A DNA stretch of 51,312 bases from Nitrospira japonica (GTDB lineage Bacteria > Nitrospirota > Thermodesulfovibrionia > Thermodesulfovibrionales > SM23-35): the NCBI GenBank assembly GCA_020725385.1, contig DYFC01000019.1, forward strand, positions 1 to 51,312, in the 5' to 3' direction. Shown here piece by piece: positions 1 through 9,445 of the stretch. A model generated the notes under the pieces. It saw only the letters and a program-made list of their open reading frames with translations, searched no databases and had not been told where the DNA came from. The translations under genes and the position numbers were made by a program. Numbering within the stretch: position 1 is the stretch's first letter; each line of letters opens with the position of its first letter.

Positions 1-112
1 CTCGATAATTTTTATATCAAAAGATATTTATTGGCAATGAATAAAAAAGTTCATGGTAAATCATCTTTAAACGTACACTAAGGTATCGAAAAATAAATTT
101 TCTCGCAACATC

Positions 113-143
113 TGCATTATTTCAAATGCATTTTTTGGGTTCA
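113..143. repeat. Degenerate copy of the TTAACCCGAAAAATGCATTTTTCGGGTTAA palindrome family, downstream of mglA
   Basis: TGCATTATTTCAAATGCATTTTTTGGGTTCA; 124-141 matches the right part of the 41226 palindrome at 17/18; the left part is shared with 4605-4634. Confidence 0.6.
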
Positions 144-228
144 TCATGATCGCGTATGAATATTTTCATGGATCATAAATATTGCAGATATTATTTCCGG
201 AAAATACAGGAAAAGAAATTACTTATCG

Positions 229-816
229 CTAATAATGTTTTTTCAGTTCAAATAGAACTTGTTTTGCAACAGCTTTTAATGTCTCAAAAACACCTTTTCC
301 TGTTACTGCCACAGCTTCAAATGAAGGAACATTTCTATAATTGAGGAGTTTCTCAAGATCAGCTACAGGAACAATATTAGGCAAGTCTCTTTTATTATAT
401 TGGATTGCAAAAGGAAGTTTATCGAGATCATATCCTTGTTCGGCAAGATTTATTTTTAAATCATCAAGACTTTCAATATTTGATTCTGTTCTTTCTATCT
501 GGCTGTCTGCAACAAATACAACGCCGTCAACTCCCTTAAGAATTAGTTTGCGGCTTGCAGCATAAAAAACCTGACCCGGAACAGTATATAGATGAAACCT
601 TATCTTAAACCCTTTTATATCACCAAGAGCAAGAGGAAGAAAATCAAAAAATAAAGTTCTTTCAGTCTCGGTTGCAAGTGAAATAAGTTTGCCCTTTTGT
701 TCTGGATTTGTCTTTCTATAGATAAACTGGAGGTTGGTGGTCTTACCACACAATCCAGGGCCATAATAAACGATTTTACAGTTTATCTCGCGGGAGGAGT
801 AATTAATGAAAGACAC
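229..816 (-). CDS. mglA: MglA small Ras-like GTPase
   Basis: MSFINYSSREINCKIVYYGPGLCGKTTN P-loop, TETERTLFFDF switch I, MglA-specific TVPGQ, NKRD. Confidence 0.97.
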   Translation of the reverse strand: MSFINYSSREINCKIVYYGPGLCGKTTNLQFIYRKTNPEQKGKLISLATETERTLFFDFLPLALGDIKGFKIRFHLYTVPGQVFYAASRKLILKGVDGVVFVADSQIERTESNIESLDDLKINLAEQGYDLDKLPFAIQYNKRDLPNIVPVADLEKLLNYRNVPSFEAVAVTGKGVFETLKAVAKQVLFELKKHY

Positions 817-827
817 AGGGGATACAC

Positions 828-1322
828 CTACCTGAAAAGATTATCAATATCTTCATCACTAATTTCAGCAAAAAGGGCTTCTTCAAGCTTGCCTTCTCCT
901 TTTTCCTTTTCAACTTTTTTCGTAATCTCATCAAAAATTCCAGCAAGTGCCTCAGATGCTTTTTTCACCCTCAGTCTTACAAGTCCAAGAGATGTTCTGT
1001 TATCAAATATAACTACAAGAATAATTCTTTGTCCGATAAGTGAGATATGAATGTTGTCTTTTTCTCCTTCATGAAAAAGAATTGTAAATTCTTTTTCTCC
1101 AAGAAGTCTTGCTATACCGCCGGTAGCAGCTATATTGCCTGCTGTTAGAGATGCAAGGGAAGTGGTATCTATATCATGAGTTTCACCTGCGGAAGCGATT
1201 AGCTGACCATTTTTATCCACGAGGAAGACAACTTTAGCGTTTGCCTGATGATAAAGTTTCTTGAGTTCAGCGTCAATACGCTGGAACTCTTCTTCATACA
1301 TTATGAGGTCAGAACCCATCAT
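828..1322 (-). CDS. mglB: MglB roadblock/LC7-domain GTPase-activating protein
   Basis: VFLVDKNGQLIA, SLASLTAGNIAATGGIA, SLGLVRLRVKKA, AEISDEDIDNLF tail; directly upstream of mglA. Confidence 0.96.
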   Translation of the reverse strand: MMGSDLIMYEEEFQRIDAELKKLYHQANAKVVFLVDKNGQLIASAGETHDIDTTSLASLTAGNIAATGGIARLLGEKEFTILFHEGEKDNIHISLIGQRIILVVIFDNRTSLGLVRLRVKKASEALAGIFDEITKKVEKEKGEGKLEEALFAEISDEDIDNLFR

Positions 1323-1334
1323 ATCTTAACAATT

Positions 1335-1363
1335 ATCATAACCAACTATCTTGTAATTATCAA
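1335..1363 (-). promoter_or_regulatory. Putative sigma70 promoter for mglBA, overlapping the porB stop
   Basis: Minus strand TTGATA-17 nt-TATGAT, ending 12 nt before the mglB ATG. Confidence 0.55.
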
Positions 1364-2298
1364 GATGAAAAACAGGCTTCTTCTTTTTGCAGCCTTTCCC
1401 ATTCCCTGTCAATATCTTCCTGAATCTTTCTAAGAAGTTCTTCAGAATCGGGTTTGAAAAGATGCTTAAATCTTCCCTGTGGTTTAAGAAAATCAACAAT
1501 AGGTTTTTTCTCTTTTGGTTTGAAAGTTATTTTCGTTACCCCATTTTCAATTTCATATAATGGCCAGTAACATGTTTCTACAGCAAGCCTGCTTAGCATT
1601 ATAGCATCATCTGTTCTTGATCTCCATCCCCTATTGCATGGTGAGATAATATTCATAAATTTCGGGCCTGGAATTTCAAGAGCTTTTCTTACTTTTCTAA
1701 CAAGATCAGCCCAGTGGCTCGGAGATGCTTGAGCAGCATAAGGAATATTATGTGCTGCCATTATTTTTGTAAGGTTTTTTCTTTGCTCGGTTTTGCCTGG
1801 CACAACACTTCCAGCAGGTCTTGTTGTTGTATCAGCGCCAAATGGAGTTGCGCTTGAACGTTGAATACCTGTATTCATATATGCTCCGTTGTCATAGCAT
1901 ATATACAGCATATCATGACCGCGTTCCATAGCTCCTGAGAGACTCTGCAATCCTATATCATATGTTCCGCCATCACCACCAAAAGCAATAAATTTTATCT
2001 CTTTATCTATTTTACCCTGCTTTTTTAATGACCTGTACATAGTTTCCACTCCAGATATAGTTGCGGCAGCATTCTCAAAAGCATTGTGTATCCAAGGAAT
2101 CTTCCACGCAGTATAATCAGATATACAGCTTGATACTTCAAGACATCCGGTTGCATTTGATGCTATAACAGGATAATCTGATGCCAGTAAAACCATTTTC
2201 ACTACAATCGGCGCTCCACATCCTGCACATAATCTGTGTCCGGATGCTAATAATATCTCTTTCTTTGATAGTTCTTTTAATGTAACAGGCTTTGCCAT
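1360..2298 (-). CDS. porB: Pyruvate:ferredoxin oxidoreductase beta subunit (TPP-binding)
   Basis: GHRLCAGCG, ATGCLEV, GGDGGTYDIG TPP motif, YMNTGIQRS. Confidence 0.93.
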   Translation of the reverse strand: MAKPVTLKELSKKEILLASGHRLCAGCGAPIVVKMVLLASDYPVIASNATGCLEVSSCISDYTAWKIPWIHNAFENAAATISGVETMYRSLKKQGKIDKEIKFIAFGGDGGTYDIGLQSLSGAMERGHDMLYICYDNGAYMNTGIQRSSATPFGADTTTRPAGSVVPGKTEQRKNLTKIMAAHNIPYAAQASPSHWADLVRKVRKALEIPGPKFMNIISPCNRGWRSRTDDAIMLSRLAVETCYWPLYEIENGVTKITFKPKEKKPIVDFLKPQGRFKHLFKPDSEELLRKIQEDIDREWERLQKEEACFSS

Positions 2299-2299
2299 T

Positions 2300-3481
2300 T
2301 TATTCCCTCACTCCTATATATTCCTTATAGCTTTTTACTTTTCCTGTCTCTGCAATATCTACAAGTTCATTAAGAACAATCTCAGCATGTTCAGGCAGAT
2401 AATCCCTTCCACCAAGTCCGTATATTTTATTTACCAATACAGGTTTATCTTTAAACGGATAAAGACTTGCAGCAATATCTGAATATACTGGCCCAAAAGA
2501 AGAACCAAAACAATCAGCTCTGTCAAGAACACATAAAGCTTTTAAATGTTTTAGAGCTTCTCCTGTTTCTTCATATGGGAATGGTCTGTATAAACGTGGT
2601 TTGAGTAATCCGGCCTTTATACCTTTATTTCTGAACTCATCAATCACATCTTTTGTTGTTCCGGCAGCAGAATTTAGAATAACAATTCCTATTTCAGCAT
2701 CCTCAAGTCTGTAAGTCTCAAATAAGCCATATTTTCTCCCTGACAATTTCTCAAAATCAGAAGCAACATCAAGAACTACTTTAGAAACTTTTGTATTAAC
2801 CTCTGCCTGTGCTCTTCTGAATTCCATATAATAATCGGGTAGAATAAGAGGGCCGTAACTTACAGGATGCTGAATATCAAGTAAAGGATAAAGTTGTTTG
2901 AAATCTCCTACAAAATTCTGAACCTGTTCGTCATCAAGATATTCTATCCTTTCAATTGAATGGCTTATTATAAATCCATCAAGACATATCATCACAGGGA
3001 GTCTTATATCTATATGCTCTGCAATAGGAAACGCCTGAATGGTATTATCATATGCTTCCTGAGCATTTTCAGACCATAGTTGTATCCATCCTGTATCTCG
3101 TGCATACATTGCATCTGAATGATCTCCGTGTATGTTTAAAGGTGCTGATAGAGCTCTGTTGACAACAGGCATAACAATGGGCAATCTTGTGCCCGAGGCA
3201 ATGTATAAAATCTCATTCATTAAAGCCAGCCCTTGTGAAGATGTAGCTGTGATAACCCTGCCTCCTGCTGCAGAAGCACCTACACATGCACTCATAGAAC
3301 TATGTTCGCTTTCAACAAGAATCAATTCTGTTTTGACTTTTCCATCAGAAACAAAACTTGAAAATCTCTGCATCATATCGGTTTGTGGAGTTATTGGATA
3401 TGCAGCGCATACATCAGGATTAACCTGTCTGAGGGCATTGGCTACAGCTTCATTCCCTGTTACAGCGACTATCTTTGCCAT
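2300..3481 (-). CDS. porA: Pyruvate:ferredoxin oxidoreductase alpha subunit
   Basis: AAYPITPQT, ESEHS, TATSSQGL, NRALSAPLNIHGDHSD. Confidence 0.93.
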   Translation of the reverse strand: MAKIVAVTGNEAVANALRQVNPDVCAAYPITPQTDMMQRFSSFVSDGKVKTELILVESEHSSMSACVGASAAGGRVITATSSQGLALMNEILYIASGTRLPIVMPVVNRALSAPLNIHGDHSDAMYARDTGWIQLWSENAQEAYDNTIQAFPIAEHIDIRLPVMICLDGFIISHSIERIEYLDDEQVQNFVGDFKQLYPLLDIQHPVSYGPLILPDYYMEFRRAQAEVNTKVSKVVLDVASDFEKLSGRKYGLFETYRLEDAEIGIVILNSAAGTTKDVIDEFRNKGIKAGLLKPRLYRPFPYEETGEALKHLKALCVLDRADCFGSSFGPVYSDIAASLYPFKDKPVLVNKIYGLGGRDYLPEHAEIVLNELVDIAETGKVKSYKEYIGVRE

Positions 3482-3774
3482 TATTTGCCCTCCTCTACCA
3501 TAATAATTGCTTTGTTGCCTTTCTTACCCGGACATTCAAGCGCGCATATTCCGCAACCTTTGCAATATTCGTAATCAAATTCTCCGCGTTTGCCATCTTT
3601 TACTTTCACCGCATTATCAGGGCAATATATCCAGCAAAAAAGGCACTGGATACAATTTTCTTCTTTCCATACAGGTTTGGATGACCTCCATGAGCCTGTC
3701 TTAAATTTTTCAGAACTCCCCGGCTCTGTTATTACCGAGCCAGGATTAACTTCTTTCCAGTTCTTAAGTTTCAT
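3481..3774 (-). CDS. porD: Pyruvate:ferredoxin oxidoreductase delta subunit (2x[4Fe-4S])
   Basis: KTGSWR, CIQCLFCWIYCP, CKGCGICALECP. Confidence 0.93.
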   Translation of the reverse strand: MKLKNWKEVNPGSVITEPGSSEKFKTGSWRSSKPVWKEENCIQCLFCWIYCPDNAVKVKDGKRGEFDYEYCKGCGICALECPGKKGNKAIIMVEEGK

Positions 3775-4346
3775 CCTTCTTTTACCTCCTCATATCCGCG
3801 CCTTGTTGCCTCGAGGTTCCCATCTATAATTTTTTGCGAGAATTTTTTACCAAAACTTTTCCTTACATCTTCAAGGAGGTGCTCAAGTGTTACAAGACCT
3901 GTAACTTTACATACTGCCCCAAGCATCGGCGCATTCGGAAGAGCTCTTCCTATATGTTCAAGAGCGATCTTTGTAGCATCTATTGTAAATACTTTTTGTG
4001 TAGGCAAAGCATTAAGTTTTTTCCTGATTTCCTGTGGATCTCTTGAAGTGTTTACTATAAATATAGCATCCTCTTTAGCTCCTTCAGTAACATTTACAGC
4101 ATCAAGCAACGTAGCATCAACTATGCTTACTACCTGTGGATGTAAAACAGGACAATGCATTCTTAATTCATGTGAACTTATACGGTTATATGCTCTTAAA
4201 GGTGCTCCTGCTCTTTCAGGTCCGTATTCGGGAAATGCCTGAACGTGTCTTCCACCGCTTAGACATGCATCAGCAAGAACTTTTGCTGCCGTAACTGTTC
4301 CCTGCCCCCCCCTGCCATGCCATCTGATTTCCAATGTATCAGCCAT
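3771..4346 (-). CDS. porC: Pyruvate:ferredoxin oxidoreductase gamma subunit
   Basis: EIRWHGRGGQGTVTAA, FPEYGPERAGAP; start placed at the second ATG (4346) by GGAGG spacing. Confidence 0.93.
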   Translation of the reverse strand: MADTLEIRWHGRGGQGTVTAAKVLADACLSGGRHVQAFPEYGPERAGAPLRAYNRISSHELRMHCPVLHPQVVSIVDATLLDAVNVTEGAKEDAIFIVNTSRDPQEIRKKLNALPTQKVFTIDATKIALEHIGRALPNAPMLGAVCKVTGLVTLEHLLEDVRKSFGKKFSQKIIDGNLEATRRGYEEVKEG

Positions 4347-4436
4347 AGTCATCCTCCGGGTATTTTTAAAGAAAGTTTTTTATTTTAGCATAAAATACAT
4401 TAAAAATTTCAAAAAAGAAATTACTAACTTGAGAAA

Positions 4437-4590
4437 AAAGCTATCAAGCTGGCAAGCCTTCAAGCGAATAAAGGCGTAAGCATTTGAAAAATGATCATGA
4501 TGAATAGCAAAGAGCGCAGAACAAAGAGCAAAAATCTTAAAACATGAGGTGTGAGCGCATTTTTCAACTACTTACGATTTACGATTCACG
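4437..4590. repeat. Composite intergenic repeat: octamer run, 19-bp imperfect inverted repeat enclosing heptamers, second heptamer run
   Basis: CTATCAAG CTGGCAAG CCTTCAAG; arms 4475-4493 and 4558-4576 are 17/19 complementary; AGCAAAG AGCGCAG AACAAAG AGCAAAA; TTACGAT TTACGAT TCACGG. Confidence 0.65.
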
Positions 4591-4604
4591 GAAAAATCTT
4601 AATA

Positions 4605-4634
4605 TGCATTATTTCAATTGCATTTTCAGGTTAA
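4605..4634. repeat. Degenerate copy of the TTAA-palindrome family, downstream of the NuoG-like gene
   Basis: TGCATTATTTCAATTGCATTTTCAGGTTAA, closely similar to 113-143. Confidence 0.55.
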
Positions 4635-4657
4635 GTAATATAAAAACAAATCTATTG

Positions 4658-6682
4658 TTAAACAGCTACCGCAGTGACAGCTTCCTTAAGCCAGGCAAGT
4701 CTTCTCCCTTTTAAGACAGATGCATTTATTGATTCAATAAATTCTTTAGGAGTTATTTCGAATCCATCTCTTCTCACAAAAGGTGCAAAAGAAAGTTTTG
4801 GTTTAACTTTAACCAATTTATTGACCTCATTTTCAGAAGGTTTTTTCAAAGGTGATTTCATAATTTTTGATATAGCTATAAAAATATCCCTGTGATTTTT
4901 TGAAGTTCCTATTGGTTCAATTGCTTGATTCAGTTTCTTGAGTCTTCCAAGATAATCAATTATAGTTCCTTCGGTTTCATACTGGGTTGTTGAAGGCAGC
5001 ACAATATCTGCCTGTTCTGCAAGTTCTGTGAAATGTGAGGTCTGAACTATTAAAAATTCTGTACGGGGAGGTCTTGTATTTAAAGGAACTTCTCCGACTA
5101 CATATAGGACTTTCATCCCTTTATTAACCATATCTGAATAAGATTTACCTTCTGTTGTTAAACCGGATAAAGCTACCCCCCTTGCATTACTTTCGAATCC
5201 TACTGCAATTACTTTACCTTTGATTATTGCCAGATTTGCGGAGGAATCAAACAATGAAGGAGAAGTGAATATAACAGGGTTTTGAGCTTCTTCGATAATT
5301 TTAGCTGCTTTTTCAATATCTTCTGTTACAACCGCATCTTTAACAGCATTTTCAAGTTGAACATCTGCTTTAAGACCCCTGTCAATTAAAGATTTAATAA
5401 GACCTTTTAAGGTTGAAACTTCATCACCTTTAAGGGTTATAGTGGCTGCCTCTTCTATTTTAATGTCCGCTGAAGTTATAACCAGAAGTTTTCCTCCTCT
5501 ATTAACTCTTTTTCTTATAGATGCGTCAAGAGCAGGTAATACTCTATTCCATTGTGAAGGGTTGAGCCCGATAAGAATGATTAGATCGGAATTGGTTATT
5601 AAAGCAGATTGGGAATCTTTCATAGCGTGAATATCTGAATATAGACTTAAGGTTGTATCAAAATTTTTTGTCTTAACGACATTTTTTGCAAATCTCTTTA
5701 ATGCCAGAGCATCCTCATTTGTAATACCCGCAGTGCTTATAAAACCAGTTTCATTGCCTGCTTCTTTTAGTTTTGTAGCTACTATACTTAATGCTTCTTT
5801 CCATGTAGTTTCTTTTAAAGCATTATTTTCTCTTTTTAAAGGAGTTGTAAGCCTTGTTCTGTCTTCAACATAATCGTATCCAAAACGTCCATAAGCACAA
5901 ATATATTTCTTGGTTGAACCGGGTTTTTCACCTGTATTAATTTTTTGAATGCCACCGTCTTTTACACTTATTAAAATATCGCAACCATTCCCGCAAAAAA
6001 GACATACAGAAGGAATTTTTGTATATTCCCATTCCCTTCCTTTGCGCCATCTGTCTGCTTCAGGAAGCGCATTAACAGGACATGCATCAATGCAACTACC
6101 GCAAAAAGTACAACCTGATTCTCTTAAAGATTTGTTGTACGCTGTACCAATTTCTGCATTTATACCTCTTCCTATGAAATCCAGGACATTGGTTCCCTGT
6201 TCTTTACACATACGAACACATCTTCCGCATAGTATGCAATATTCAGGGTCTCTTCTAATAAACGGATTTATCTGGTCAATAGGATACCCCATTTTTTTCT
6301 TTATAAACGAAGTAGTCTTTAATTCATATTCATATGCATATTCCTGAAGTTTGCAAATGCCTGCCTTTGTGCAAGTCATGCAATCAAGAGGATGTATGGA
6401 AAGTATCAAATCAAGAATGAATCTTCTGATATTCCTCACTTTTTCTGTCTGGGTATGCACTACCATACCTTCTCTTACTTTTGTATTACAGGCAATAACA
6501 GGAGACTTTAAACCTTCTACTTCTACCAGACAAAGTCTGCAAGCACCAAAACCTTTCATGCCTTTGAGGTAACAAAGATTAGGAATAAACACATCAACCA
6601 GATGTCCGGCATCTAATATATTCATCCCCTCTGGAGCAATTACCTCTTTTCCGTCTATCTGAAGTTTTACCTTCTTTTCCAT
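4658..6682 (-). CDS. NuoG/FdhA/SfrA-like Fe-S protein with a molybdopterin-oxidoreductase fold but no metal-ligand Cys/Sec
   Basis: [2Fe-2S] PNLC..GACRLCLV..AC; HPLDCMTC..C; CILCGRCVRMC and CTFCGSCIDACP; CLFCGNGC..CAYGRFG; the FdhA ligand loop reads NFDTTLSLY; SD GAGGAGG before ATG 6682. Confidence 0.8.
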   Translation of the reverse strand: MEKKVKLQIDGKEVIAPEGMNILDAGHLVDVFIPNLCYLKGMKGFGACRLCLVEVEGLKSPVIACNTKVREGMVVHTQTEKVRNIRRFILDLILSIHPLDCMTCTKAGICKLQEYAYEYELKTTSFIKKKMGYPIDQINPFIRRDPEYCILCGRCVRMCKEQGTNVLDFIGRGINAEIGTAYNKSLRESGCTFCGSCIDACPVNALPEADRWRKGREWEYTKIPSVCLFCGNGCDILISVKDGGIQKINTGEKPGSTKKYICAYGRFGYDYVEDRTRLTTPLKRENNALKETTWKEALSIVATKLKEAGNETGFISTAGITNEDALALKRFAKNVVKTKNFDTTLSLYSDIHAMKDSQSALITNSDLIILIGLNPSQWNRVLPALDASIRKRVNRGGKLLVITSADIKIEEAATITLKGDEVSTLKGLIKSLIDRGLKADVQLENAVKDAVVTEDIEKAAKIIEEAQNPVIFTSPSLFDSSANLAIIKGKVIAVGFESNARGVALSGLTTEGKSYSDMVNKGMKVLYVVGEVPLNTRPPRTEFLIVQTSHFTELAEQADIVLPSTTQYETEGTIIDYLGRLKKLNQAIEPIGTSKNHRDIFIAISKIMKSPLKKPSENEVNKLVKVKPKLSFAPFVRRDGFEITPKEFIESINASVLKGRRLAWLKEAVTAVAV

Positions 6683-6709
6683 CAAATCCTCCTCGATTTA
6701 GGAATATGC

Positions 6710-9409
6710 TTAAGTTTTAGCTAATATTTCTTCTTTAACTTTTGAAATAATCTCAATAGCTCCTGTCGGACAATATTTGACACATTCACCACAGCGGGCA
6801 CATGCTTTTTGTTTAATCTCGAAATATGTATATTCAGAAGGCCGCGATTCCGATGCTTTAGCCATGATCGCTTCAAATTTACATTTTTTCAAACATTCAC
6901 CACATCTGATGCAAAGGTCAGGATTTATTAAATAAGAAATTGAACTGATGCATTCTCTATTTGAACAAATACCCGATAAATGAAGCCTGAATTCCTCTTC
7001 TGATGAAGATAGTATTTCAGAAAGAAATCTTCCTGTATCTCTTCCTTTTTTACAAAAAGAGGCTTCAATCATGTTTGAGGCAATTGTTTTTAATGCATCA
7101 ATATCGTTTTCTCCTGCACCTTCAAGTTTTTGTGTAATTCTTAATAATCTTAATTTAGCTTCTTCTGTGCCAAATGAACATGGATAGCATCTACCGCACA
7201 TTGGTCCTTCAATAAACTCCTCGATAAAAGTAAGGGATTTTTGAACAGGGCATATCTTCTTTTCGACATCGTGGAATATTTCATCAAGAGGAATATCAAC
7301 AGGGACCTGTTCTTTTTCCTTTAACCCTTCATAGGCAATCTCAGCAGAAGCAACTTTTAAAAACTTGCCTATTTTTTCATACTTAATAGCTCCCATCGGA
7401 CAGACATTGAAACAATCACCACATTTTTTGCATATATTACTGTCAATGATAAAACCTGTTGAAGTTTCTTTTATAGCATCAACCCTGCATACATTTATAC
7501 AGCTTCTGCAGAAATAACAGAGTTCTTTGTCTATATAGAGAACAGGTTGTTCTTTGATTTCAATTGCTCCCAGAGGACACACACTAAAACATGCCTTGCA
7601 TCTCTGACACAGAACCTGATCAATATAAAAGAAACCTTCATTGGATTCCTTTATGGCTTCAAATGGACAGGCATCCATACAGCGTTTACATTGATAACAT
7701 ATATCAGTATTAAGATGAAGCTGTCCCAATCCCTGACATACAAAAGCTCTGCAATATTTATTTTTAATATGCTCTTCATATTCATCTCTGAAGTATTTTA
7801 TTGTGGTAAGAACAGGATTTGGAGCGCTTTTCCCGAGTCCGCAAAGAGAAGCACTCTTTATATAATTTCCAAGTTCTTCAAGTCTTTCTATATCTCCTTC
7901 TTCTCCATTCCCCGATGTAATCTTCTCGAGTATTTGTAGCATTTGGAAAGTTCCCACCCTGCAGGGGTAGCATTTACCACATGATTCGGATTGGCAGAAA
8001 GATAAGAAAAATTTTGCTACATCAACTATACAATTATCTTCATCAAGAACAACCATGCCCCCTGAACCCATTATCGAGCCAATTTTTGTCAGAGAATCAA
8101 AATCTATTGGTAGATCAAGATATTTTTCAGGAATACAACCTCCGGAAGGACCTCCTGTCTGTACTGCTTTAAACTTTTTATCTCCAATTATCCCGCCGCC
8201 AATGTCATAAATAATTTCTCTAAGGGTTATACCCATCGGCACTTCAACAAGTCCTGTATTCTTCACTTTTCCTGTAAGTGCAAAAACCTTTGTGCCGGGT
8301 GAATTTTGAGTTCCTGTCTTTAAAAACCATGTGGCCCCTTTTTCAATAATTGCAGGTACACATGCATAAGTTTCGATATTGTTCAAATTTGCCGGATAAC
8401 CCCATGGACCGCCGCCTTTTTCGGATAATCTGGGTGGTCTTGGTCTCGGAAATCCTCTTTCACCTTCTATTGAACTGACGAGAGCCGTAGCTTCACCACA
8501 AACAAAGGCTCCTGCACCTTCTCTAATCTGAATTGAGAAATTAAATCCTGTTCCAAGAACATTTTCGCCAAGAAGTCCGATTTCTTCTGCCTGCTTTATA
8601 GCAGTTGAAAGGTGTTTTACAGCAAGGGGATATTCATGCCTGACATAAATAATTCCATAATGAGCTCCAATTGCATATGCACAAAGCATCATTCCTTCGA
8701 GCAAGCTATGGGGGTCGCCTTCCATAATTGATCTATCCATAAAAGCGCCGGGGTCGCCTTCATCTCCATTTGCTATAACAATCTTTTCTGTACCCGAAGA
8801 ATTTTTTGTATGTTCCCATTTTATTCCAGCCGGAAAACCTGCGCCACCTCTGCCTCTTAAATTCGCTCTTTTTACTTCATCAAGAACCTGCTGGGGTGTC
8901 ATAACAGTAAGGGCTTTTTCAATAGCTCTGTACCCACCAACAGCGATATAGTGAATAATATTTTCAGGGTCTATTCTTCCATTATTCCTGAGTGCTATTC
9001 TAAGTTGTTTTCTATAAAAAGGAACATCTTTTATAAAATAAGCGGGCTTTTCACCAAGAGAACGCCTGAACAATAGATCCCATACAGGTCTTTCACCTTT
9101 CAAAGTGAAGGAAATTATGTCTTCAGATCTTTCAGGCTTAACTTTATGATAAAAATAGCCCTGAGGCTGAATAGTCATGACAGGACCTAATTGACACAAG
9201 CCCTGACAGCCGGTAGTTATTATTTCTGCATCAACTCCGGATTCTTTAATATCTTTTTTCAACTTATCAACAAGTTTAAGTGAATTATTCGCTCTACAAG
9301 CTGTTCCGCAACAAACTCTAATTCTTTTTTTGTTTGGAGCAAGGACACCATCTTTGAGTAATTTTTCGCGTAGAGACTTCAGGTCATCTAAACTTTTTAG
9401 TTTTTGCAT
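6710..9409 (-). CDS. Extended NuoF/HydB-like flavoprotein with extra ferredoxin domains and a duplicated C-terminal module
   Basis: Thioredoxin-like [2Fe-2S] CCGTAC..GCQGLC; GRGGAGFP, DEGDPGAFMDR, GAFVCGEATAL; ESCGKCYPC..CGLG; six CxxCxxCxxxC motifs; second MCGRCYPC..CKKG module. Confidence 0.85.
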   Translation of the reverse strand: MQKLKSLDDLKSLREKLLKDGVLAPNKKRIRVCCGTACRANNSLKLVDKLKKDIKESGVDAEIITTGCQGLCQLGPVMTIQPQGYFYHKVKPERSEDIISFTLKGERPVWDLLFRRSLGEKPAYFIKDVPFYRKQLRIALRNNGRIDPENIIHYIAVGGYRAIEKALTVMTPQQVLDEVKRANLRGRGGAGFPAGIKWEHTKNSSGTEKIVIANGDEGDPGAFMDRSIMEGDPHSLLEGMMLCAYAIGAHYGIIYVRHEYPLAVKHLSTAIKQAEEIGLLGENVLGTGFNFSIQIREGAGAFVCGEATALVSSIEGERGFPRPRPPRLSEKGGGPWGYPANLNNIETYACVPAIIEKGATWFLKTGTQNSPGTKVFALTGKVKNTGLVEVPMGITLREIIYDIGGGIIGDKKFKAVQTGGPSGGCIPEKYLDLPIDFDSLTKIGSIMGSGGMVVLDEDNCIVDVAKFFLSFCQSESCGKCYPCRVGTFQMLQILEKITSGNGEEGDIERLEELGNYIKSASLCGLGKSAPNPVLTTIKYFRDEYEEHIKNKYCRAFVCQGLGQLHLNTDICYQCKRCMDACPFEAIKESNEGFFYIDQVLCQRCKACFSVCPLGAIEIKEQPVLYIDKELCYFCRSCINVCRVDAIKETSTGFIIDSNICKKCGDCFNVCPMGAIKYEKIGKFLKVASAEIAYEGLKEKEQVPVDIPLDEIFHDVEKKICPVQKSLTFIEEFIEGPMCGRCYPCSFGTEEAKLRLLRITQKLEGAGENDIDALKTIASNMIEASFCKKGRDTGRFLSEILSSSEEEFRLHLSGICSNRECISSISYLINPDLCIRCGECLKKCKFEAIMAKASESRPSEYTYFEIKQKACARCGECVKYCPTGAIEIISKVKEEILAKT

Positions 9410-9445
9410 GGTTATTTGACCTTTCTAAAAAATGAGAATTAAAGC

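Noticed and set aside
828-2298. Functional coupling of mglBA to the por operon
   Set aside because: A separate promoter-like sequence precedes mglB; adjacency alone is not enough
4658-6682. Annotation as formate dehydrogenase alpha or [FeFe]-hydrogenase
   Set aside because: No Cys/Sec-His ligand motif and no H-cluster signatures
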